Positions 57,865 to 64,000 of a stretch of DNA of 64,000 nucleotides are shown here, piece by piece; the first letter of the stretch is position 1, and every line of letters starts with the position of its first letter. Below the pieces are notes generated by a model. The model made no database searches and was not told where the DNA came from. It was given only the letters and a program-made list of their open reading frames with translations. The stretch is from an uncultured SAR86 cluster bacterium. GTDB lineage: Bacteria; Pseudomonadota; Gammaproteobacteria; Magnimaribacterales; AG-339-G14. The stretch spans positions 8,428-72,427 of the forward strand of contig CACJRI010000006.1 of assembly GCA_902595715.1 (NCBI GenBank). Direction: 5' to 3'. A program made the translations under genes and the position numbers.

Positions 57865-58710
57865 ATGTGGTTTGAGTTATTTCAAGAGATCAAGCATAGA
57901 AAAATTCTTTTGATTTCTCTTTTATATACTTTGTTTCTCATATGCGCAGCACTACTTGCACCTATTATCTCTCCTTATGAGGTATCTGAACAAAATTTAT
58001 CTTTAGGAGCTTCTGCTCCATCTATTCAGTACATATTAGGTACTGATGTTCTTGGGAGAGATCTATTTTCAAGAATACTTTACGGCAGCAGAATATCCCT
58101 TTTAGTAGGTTTTTTAGCTACTTTTGTGGCAATAACTATTGGTCTTACGTATGGAGCAGTATCTGGATATTTCGGAGGAAAAATAGACTCATTGATGATG
58201 AGACTAGTAGATATATTGGATGGACTCCCTTTTGTTATTTTTATTATTCTTATTCTAGTTATATTTGGTAGAGATATTTATTTTTTATTTATTTCAATTG
58301 GAGCTTTTGGGTGGCTCTCAATGGCAAGAATTGTGCGTTTACAAGTTTTAGGTTTAAGAAAAAAAGAGTTTGTAATATCTGCACAAATTATGGGCGCAAG
58401 TTCTTCCAGAATCTTGTTTAAACATATCATTCCTAATGTTTTGGGCACCGTTATAATTTATTCCACCTTGCTGGTACCTCAATTTATGCTTTTGGAAGCT
58501 TTTTTAAGTTTTTTAGGCTTGGGAGTGCAACCTCCTGATAGTTCTTGGGGGATTTTAATTAGAGAGGGCGCTAATACTATGGAAGAGTATTGGTGGTTGC
58601 TTATATTTCCAGCATTTTTATTTTCTTTAACTCTATTTGCTTTAAATTTTTTAGGTGACGGGTTAAGAGATATTTTGGATCCAAGAGATACGCAAAAATT
58701 AGAAAATTAA
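57865..58710 (+). CDS. ABC transporter permease (OppC/DppC-like)
   Basis: LGTD.LGRD.FSR..YG.R.SL N-terminal motif and EAA-loop EFV.SA...GAS..RI...HI.PN. Starts directly after the previous stop. Confidence 0.9.
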   Translation: MWFELFQEIKHRKILLISLLYTLFLICAALLAPIISPYEVSEQNLSLGASAPSIQYILGTDVLGRDLFSRILYGSRISLLVGFLATFVAITIGLTYGAVSGYFGGKIDSLMMRLVDILDGLPFVIFIILILVIFGRDIYFLFISIGAFGWLSMARIVRLQVLGLRKKEFVISAQIMGASSSRILFKHIIPNVLGTVIIYSTLLVPQFMLLEAFLSFLGLGVQPPDSSWGILIREGANTMEEYWWLLIFPAFLFSLTLFALNFLGDGLRDILDPRDTQKLEN

Positions 58711-60110
58711 TTTATCTCAGAAAGTTTCAACTCTATTATTTGTCCGGGATAAATTAAAGTTTCATCTGGAATATTATTCCACTTTAAGATCCATTCTTTT
58801 GGAATACCAAATTTATTGGATATTTTAATAATGCTATCACCTCTTTTTACAGGATAAGCGATATCATTTTTAGGAACTGGTTTCGGTTTAATTTCTTTAA
58901 AATATTTTGGATAGATCAGTATTTTTGTATCTGTAAGGAGGAATTTTTCTGGATTTAGGTCATTCCAAATTGATAAATCTCTAATGGTCACATTAAACTT
59001 CTTTGCAATCGACCACATGCTATCTCCAGCTTTAACATAATAAATATCAGGTTTATTGAGATAATCTTTAATCCAACTTGGACCTCTTGGGACAATTAAT
59101 TCTTCGTTTTCGTATATGGTATCGTCTTTAAACCCATTGATTTCTTTTAATAAAGCAAAATCAATAAGATATTTTTTTGCAATAGAAGTTAACGTATCTC
59201 CTTTTTTAACTAGATACTTATCCCACTGAACTAGTTCAGATGGATCAGTGTTATCCAAGATAACTTGAAACCTATCAGCTATTCCCACAGGAAGAAGAAT
59301 ATGAAATGGACCATTTGGATCTGTAGCCCATTGATTAAAACCTGGGTTAAGTTCATAAATAACCTCTAGTTTCAAACCAGAAATATTAGCTACTTGCATT
59401 AGATCTACTTGAGAGGGCAGAGTAACCAATTGAAAATAAGGTCTATTGGGCAAATTTGGAATAACAACACTAAATTTATCAGGATTTTTGATAACTTCTA
59501 GAAGGGCTAAAAGTTTTGGAACATAAGCTTTTGTTTCTTTGGGAAGTTTTAATGACCAAAAATCTGTAGGTAATCCCTTAGATTTATTTTTTTTAATTTC
59601 TTTTAAAATTCTATTTGGGCCGGCATTGTAAGCAGCAATTGCAAGTAACCAGTCATCATATTTGTTGTATAGTTTCGTCAGATAGTTATACGCTGCGTCA
59701 GTTGATGCAACAATATCTCTTCTTCCGTCGTACCACCAATTTTTTTTAAGCTTTTGTTCACGAGCGGTACTGAGAATAAATTGCCAAATTCCTGATGCTC
59801 CTGTAGAAGATTGTGCGTAAGGGTCAAATTGGCTTTCGATAAAAGGAAGTAATGCCAGTTCTACCGGCAAGTCTCTTTCGATTGATTCAGTAACTGTGTA
59901 ATAAAGATATCGTTGACCATTCTTTGCTAGTCTATTGATGACGTATTGATTGTCGTTATATTTCTCAAGTTCATACTTAACAGAAGGCTGGTTTAATTCA
60001 TGATTAAAAACCATTTTGTCTCTGATTTCACCCCATAGATCTTTTGATGATTGGCTAAGTAGTGAAAAACTTAAGAGAGAAGCAAGAAAAAGAAGGAGAT
60101 ATTTATTCAT
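58707..60110 (-). CDS. mltD: Membrane-bound lytic murein transglycosylase D (SLT domain + LysM repeats)
   Basis: SLT motif ES.F.P.A.S..GA.G.WQF and AYNAGP, followed by three LysM-like repeats (Y.VK.GD....IAKK). Met29 with signal peptide is preferred (the ORF is open to 60194). Confidence 0.85.
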   Translation of the reverse strand: MNKYLLLFLASLLSFSLLSQSSKDLWGEIRDKMVFNHELNQPSVKYELEKYNDNQYVINRLAKNGQRYLYYTVTESIERDLPVELALLPFIESQFDPYAQSSTGASGIWQFILSTAREQKLKKNWWYDGRRDIVASTDAAYNYLTKLYNKYDDWLLAIAAYNAGPNRILKEIKKNKSKGLPTDFWSLKLPKETKAYVPKLLALLEVIKNPDKFSVVIPNLPNRPYFQLVTLPSQVDLMQVANISGLKLEVIYELNPGFNQWATDPNGPFHILLPVGIADRFQVILDNTDPSELVQWDKYLVKKGDTLTSIAKKYLIDFALLKEINGFKDDTIYENEELIVPRGPSWIKDYLNKPDIYYVKAGDSMWSIAKKFNVTIRDLSIWNDLNPEKFLLTDTKILIYPKYFKEIKPKPVPKNDIAYPVKRGDSIIKISNKFGIPKEWILKWNNIPDETLIYPGQIIELKLSEIN

Positions 60111-60111
60111 T

Positions 60112-60879
60112 CTAAAAATTATCTTTCCAATCTCGAATTGCTGCAAGGACTTCTGCTGGTTGTAGGTTTTGTTTCTTAGCATAATTTTCAGCATTTTTTT
60201 TGACCTGGCTAACAGAAGTTCTTAAAAAGGGATTGATTTTATTTTCTAATAAAATACTTGAAGGCAGAGATATCTGATTGGAATCTCTAAGAGAACTAAC
60301 TTTCTCAAAATATTTTTTTAGGTCAACGTTATTGGGTTCTACTTCTAAGGCAAAAGTTAAATTACTCAATGTATATTCATGAGTACAATAAACTTTGGTC
60401 TCCTCAGGTAGATCAGAGAACTTTTTTAGTGAATCAAACATTTGTAGTGGCGTTCCTTCAAAAAGTCTCCCACATCCGCCAGAAAAAAGAGTATCTCCAC
60501 AAAATAAGGAACCAATATCTTTAGAGTAGTAGGCAATGTGATCAAGGGTGTGTCCTGGAGTTTCAAAAATATGAAATTCCGTATCTAAAATTGTAATCTT
60601 TGAGTTTTCTGATAATTCTGAGTCAATACCTTTTATATGACCTCCTTTAGGACCATAGACTTTTGGGTTCCATCTAGAAGCTAGGTCTGTTATTCCTCCG
60701 GTATGATCAAAATGATGGTGGGTAATTAATATTGATTCAAGACTGAGATTGTTTTTACTCAAAAAACTTTCGACTACTGACCCATCGCCGGGGTCAACAA
60801 CAGCTGCTGAATTACCTTTAACTAATATCCAAATGTAATTATCTGAAAATGCTGGGATAGCTTCTATATTAGATATCAT
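60112..60879 (-). CDS. gloB: Hydroxyacylglutathione hydrolase (glyoxalase II)
   Basis: IPAFSDNYIW, THHHFDHTGG, and TPGHT..H metallo-beta-lactamase motifs. Met19 start is preferred (the ORF is open to 60933). Confidence 0.9.
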   Translation of the reverse strand: MISNIEAIPAFSDNYIWILVKGNSAAVVDPGDGSVVESFLSKNNLSLESILITHHHFDHTGGITDLASRWNPKVYGPKGGHIKGIDSELSENSKITILDTEFHIFETPGHTLDHIAYYSKDIGSLFCGDTLFSGGCGRLFEGTPLQMFDSLKKFSDLPEETKVYCTHEYTLSNLTFALEVEPNNVDLKKYFEKVSSLRDSNQISLPSSILLENKINPFLRTSVSQVKKNAENYAKKQNLQPAEVLAAIRDWKDNF

Positions 60880-60917
60880 TTTTAAAGTAATATTAACATC
60901 TATCTCTTTTCTTATAG

Positions 60918-61358
60918 ATGTCTGAAAATACAATTAAGATTTTTACAGATGGAGCCTGTAAAGGCAATCCCGGATTGGGTGGATGGGGTGCACTCATCAT
61001 TGAAGATGGTGAAGAAAAAGAAATATACGGTGGTAGTTTCAATACAACAAACAATAAGATGGAGCTAACAGCAACCATAGAGGCATTAAAGTTTTTTAAA
61101 GACCCTAAAATTATTGAGCTTTATACAGATTCAAAATATGTAAAAGATGGAATTACTAAATGGATTATCAATTGGAAAAAAAATGGCTGGAAAAATGCCT
61201 CAAAGAAATCAGTTAAAAACTCAGAATTATGGATGGAGCTAGATCAAATGACAAATCATCATGAAATAAGTTGGTTTTGGGTGAAGGGTCACAGCAATCA
61301 TAGAGAAAACGATATCGCTGATGCTTTAGCGAATAAAGGAATAGAAGAGCTCGCATGA
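60918..61358 (+). CDS. rnhA: Ribonuclease HI
   Basis: IFTDGAC.GNPG.GGWG, TNN.MEL.A, TDS.Y, W.WVKGH.G...N..AD.LA motifs (DEDD catalytic residues). Confidence 0.95.
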   Translation: MSENTIKIFTDGACKGNPGLGGWGALIIEDGEEKEIYGGSFNTTNNKMELTATIEALKFFKDPKIIELYTDSKYVKDGITKWIINWKKNGWKNASKKSVKNSELWMELDQMTNHHEISWFWVKGHSNHRENDIADALANKGIEELA

Positions 61359-62035
61359 GACAAATTGTTTTGGACACAGAAACGACTGGCTTAGACATTG
61401 CTAACGACCATAGAATTATTGAAATTGCCGGAGTTGAATTAATAAATAGAAAATTAACAAAAAATTCTTATCAAGTTTATGTTAATCCAGAGAGAACAGT
61501 TGGATCATCCTTTAACATCCATGGATTATCTGATGATTTCTTATCTGATAAGCCTTTATTTAAAGACATCTATCAGGATTTTTTAGATTTTATAAAAGAC
61601 TCTGAATTACTAATTCATAACGCTGAGTTCGATGTTGGATTTTTAAATCATGAACTTAAAGTTGCAGGTCTTGATATAAAAATTGAAGATCATGTAAGTA
61701 AAATTACCGACACCCTATCAATTGCAAGAGAAAAACATCCTGGTCAAAGAAATAGTCTAGAAGTTTTAACAGATAGATATCAAATAACCGGTTATGACAG
61801 GAGCTATCATGGTGCTCTGATTGATTCTGAAATTTTAGCAGATGTATATCTTGCTATGACGGGAGGGCAAAGAGATTTAGGATTTGATGATAACTCTTCA
61901 AAAAAATCTCAACCTAGATTTTCTAAAGATGTTTCAAATGATTTCAATTTAGTCACAATTAAAACTTCAGAAGAAGATGTCATTCAGCATGAGAACTACT
62001 TAAATTCCATAAAGATAGACCATGGAAATAACTAG
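61355..62035 (+). CDS. dnaQ: DNA polymerase III epsilon subunit (3'-5' exonuclease)
   Basis: Exo I LDTETTG, Exo II HNA.FD.GFL, and Exo III HGAL.D..ILA.VYL. ATGA overlap with rnhA. Confidence 0.9.
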   Translation: MRQIVLDTETTGLDIANDHRIIEIAGVELINRKLTKNSYQVYVNPERTVGSSFNIHGLSDDFLSDKPLFKDIYQDFLDFIKDSELLIHNAEFDVGFLNHELKVAGLDIKIEDHVSKITDTLSIAREKHPGQRNSLEVLTDRYQITGYDRSYHGALIDSEILADVYLAMTGGQRDLGFDDNSSKKSQPRFSKDVSNDFNLVTIKTSEEDVIQHENYLNSIKIDHGNN

Positions 62036-63383
62036 ATTTGCACCTAGCCCGACAGGACATTTGCACATAGGTGGGGCAAGAACTGCATTGTTTTCTTTTT
62101 TATTTGCCAAAGCAAATCAAGGAAAATTTCTTTTAAGATTTGAAGATACAGACCAAGAGCGTTCCAAAGATGAATATGTTGATTCAATTTTAAGGTCTCT
62201 TGAATGGATGCAAATCAAACTTGATGATGATCCTGTATATCAATCAAAAAGAATTGCGAAACACAAAGAACTAGCAATTGAGCTGTATAAAAAAGGCTTT
62301 GCATATGCATGCGATTGTAGCGAAGAGGTTCTTACTAAAATGAGAGAAGAACAAATAGCTAAAAAACAAAAACCAAAGTACAACGGGTTGAATAGAGATA
62401 AAAATATAGAATTTACGGACGGTATGGTTTTAAGATTTAAATTCCCCATAGCTGGAGAGTCAAAATTTAAAGACTTAATCTTGGGAGATATCGCTATAAA
62501 CAATAAAGAATTTGATGATTTTATAATTCTCAGAAGCGATGGCACCCCAACTTATAATTTTTCTGCTGCTGTTGATGATATGGATATGAATATTACAACG
62601 GTAATCAGAGGAGACGATCATATTACCAATACGCTTAAGCAAATTAATGTTTTAGCTGCATTAGACGCAACAATTCCTAGTTATGCTCACCTTCCAATGG
62701 TTTTAGCTGAATCAGGCAAAAGACTTTCAAAAAGAGATGGGGCAGATGATATTTTGGATTATAAAAAGAATGGGTATTTAAGTGATGCGTTAGTAAATTA
62801 CTTGGTCCGCTTGGGATGGTCATATGGAGAAGAAGAAATATTCTCCTTAAAAAAACTTCAAGAAGTTTTTAATTTGAAGGATGTTAATTCCTCCCCATCT
62901 AAATATTCTCAAGATTTATTAGACTGGTATAACAATAAATATTTAAATTTTTTAACTTCCAAAGAGTTAATTGCAAAAGTTAAAGAAAATTCAGGAGTTG
63001 ATTTTAATCAAATAGATAATGGAGAATTAGCTATCTCTTTATTAGCAAAGGGAGCAAATTCCCTAAATCAGATTGCCGAAGAATCAATTTATTTTTTTCA
63101 GGAACCTCATATCAAATTCGATTCACTCAATATCGATGCCAATAAAAAAATATTATTTTCTGAATTTAGTAAACAATTAAGAGAAATTGATTTTGAAAAA
63201 AATGAGATAGAAAAAAATATCAAAGAGTTTTTGCAAGCCAATGATTTAAAGTTCCCTGAATTAGGAAAGCCTTTAAGAATAATCTTAACCGGAAGAGAAA
63301 ATGCTCCGTCTATTTCAGAACTTTTATTTATATTGGGCAAAGAAACTTCTTTAAAAAGGATAGAATATACTTTAAATGATTGA
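62022..63383 (+). CDS. gltX: Glutamate--tRNA ligase
   Basis: [17 protein letters not shown] (HIGH) and KLSKR (KMSKS) class I motifs, plus GltX-type DDMDM.IT.VIRG.DH. Confidence 0.95.
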   Translation: MEITRFAPSPTGHLHIGGARTALFSFLFAKANQGKFLLRFEDTDQERSKDEYVDSILRSLEWMQIKLDDDPVYQSKRIAKHKELAIELYKKGFAYACDCSEEVLTKMREEQIAKKQKPKYNGLNRDKNIEFTDGMVLRFKFPIAGESKFKDLILGDIAINNKEFDDFIILRSDGTPTYNFSAAVDDMDMNITTVIRGDDHITNTLKQINVLAALDATIPSYAHLPMVLAESGKRLSKRDGADDILDYKKNGYLSDALVNYLVRLGWSYGEEEIFSLKKLQEVFNLKDVNSSPSKYSQDLLDWYNNKYLNFLTSKELIAKVKENSGVDFNQIDNGELAISLLAKGANSLNQIAEESIYFFQEPHIKFDSLNIDANKKILFSEFSKQLREIDFEKNEIEKNIKEFLQANDLKFPELGKPLRIILTGRENAPSISELLFILGKETSLKRIEYTLND

Positions 63384-63558
63384 TCAAAAATTACTTGAAA
63401 TTTTAGTTTGTCCAAAAACACATTCTTCTCTCGTTCAACGAGGAGATGAATTGATAAGTAAAGAGGCTAAATTGGCATATCCAATTAGAGATGGCATTCC
63501 CATTATGCTTATAAACGAAGCTCGTGAATTATCAGAAGGAGAGTTAGAAAAACTTTAA
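63376..63558 (+). CDS. Trm112/YcaR family small protein (UPF0434)
   Basis: LLEILVCP......L........L.......[15 protein letters not shown], the canonical Trm112-like pattern. 60 aa. Confidence 0.8.
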   Translation: MIDQKLLEILVCPKTHSSLVQRGDELISKEAKLAYPIRDGIPIMLINEARELSEGELEKL

Positions 63559-64000
63559 TTATCTGAGGCTAAATCTCTCTTTAATTCGTTTGAAGCCAAA
63601 TTAGCATGATTGAAAATATTTCTAGCCATTGAAGAATCCTGTTCTTGAGAGAGAGCTGCATATATTTCTTTTCTAGCATCATGCAGCTTCTCATTTTTTT
63701 TATCAGCATAGTAAGCAACTTCAATTAGATGAGCTGCTAATTTATATTTTTTATTTTTTAAATTATTTAAAGCTTTATTAATGATTGCATCTATTCCGCC
63801 GCTGAGTTCAACCCATTCTTTTGCTTCATTTTCTCTGGTATCCGGTAATAATCTATCGTATTCACCATCCCACCAACCTCCATACCGTCTCCAGATCATT
63901 CTTATTAAAAACTTGGGATCGTCATAAACAGGTCTTAACCAAGGTTTGTTTTTAATTACAGACGAAATTTTTACTTGATGAAAAACCTCATTTAGAGACT
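63555..64000 (-). CDS. MBL-fold alkyl/aryl-sulfatase-like protein, C-terminal part (5' end beyond window)
   Basis: The frame stays open upstream of Met at 63899 to the window edge (..[24 protein letters not shown]..). The YGGWWDG / ..GG.D..I.KA....K.YK.AA.L.....YAD motif matches the alkyl-sulfatase dimerisation domain as I recall it. Confidence 0.6.
   Translation of the reverse strand, partial: SLNEVFHQVKISSVIKNKPWLRPVYDDPKFLIRMIWRRYGGWWDGEYDRLLPDTRENEAKEWVELSGGIDAIINKALNNLKNKKYKLAAHLIEVAYYADKKNEKLHDARKEIYAALSQEQDSSMARNIFNHANLASNELKRDLASDN

Noticed and set aside
58707-60933. Long N-terminal extensions of mltD (to 60194) and gloB (to 60933) given by the ORF track, implying an 83-nt gene overlap
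   Set aside because: Internal Met codons give a proper signal peptide for MltD (nt 60110) and the canonical gloB N-terminus (nt 60879). With these starts the genes are 1 nt apart.
1-64000. Mobile elements, CRISPR arrays, prophage or defence islands
   Set aside because: No transposase, integrase or recombinase-like ORFs, no direct-repeat arrays and no toxin-antitoxin-sized gene pairs were seen. The lone HNH protein (3260-3775) has no restriction, modification or phage partner genes next to it.

Overview
This window is AT-rich (roughly 30-35% GC by eye) and extremely gene-dense. Its gene order is gammaproteobacterial: tig-clpP-clpX-lon-hupB-ppiD, mltD-gloB next to rnhA-dnaQ, purM-purN, and dnaX-recR. 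That fits a streamlined marine gammaproteobacterium, possibly SAR86-like, though I cannot verify this without a database search. I support about 63 protein-coding genes, 5 tRNA genes (Val-UAC, Asp-GUC, Pro-UGG, Arg-UCU, His-GUG), one consensus LexA operator, two clear intrinsic terminators and a few tentative promoters. The content is mostly housekeeping: replication and repair (umuDC, dnaX, recR, recX, xseA, rnhA, dnaQ, hda), nucleotide and cofactor synthesis (pyrB, purMN, dcd, nadAC, folE, folD, panD), proteostasis, and lipid metabolism (fabI, a FabY-type ketosynthase, pgsA, gpsA, patatin, acyl-CoA synthetase, and an Atu/Liu-like acyl-CoA carboxylase cluster). There is also a TonB-dependent receptor translationally coupled to an Opp-like ABC importer. 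I found no transposases, integrases, CRISPR arrays, prophage genes or recognisable defence systems, and nothing I can confidently call a new multi-gene system. The most interesting unexplained signal is a GC-rich, non-coding island of about 240 nt (32404-32644) between convergent genes; it has its own minus-strand terminator and GGA-type motifs, so it may be a structured sRNA. Other items worth a second look are a dnaX slippery site, tRNA genes abutting CDS starts with 7-nt spacers, an Hda homologue with degenerate ATPase motifs, the ATPase-less importer operon, and recurrent TTAA stop codons shared by convergent genes. All protein calls rest on motifs read by eye from the ORF translations and on synteny, not on searches.
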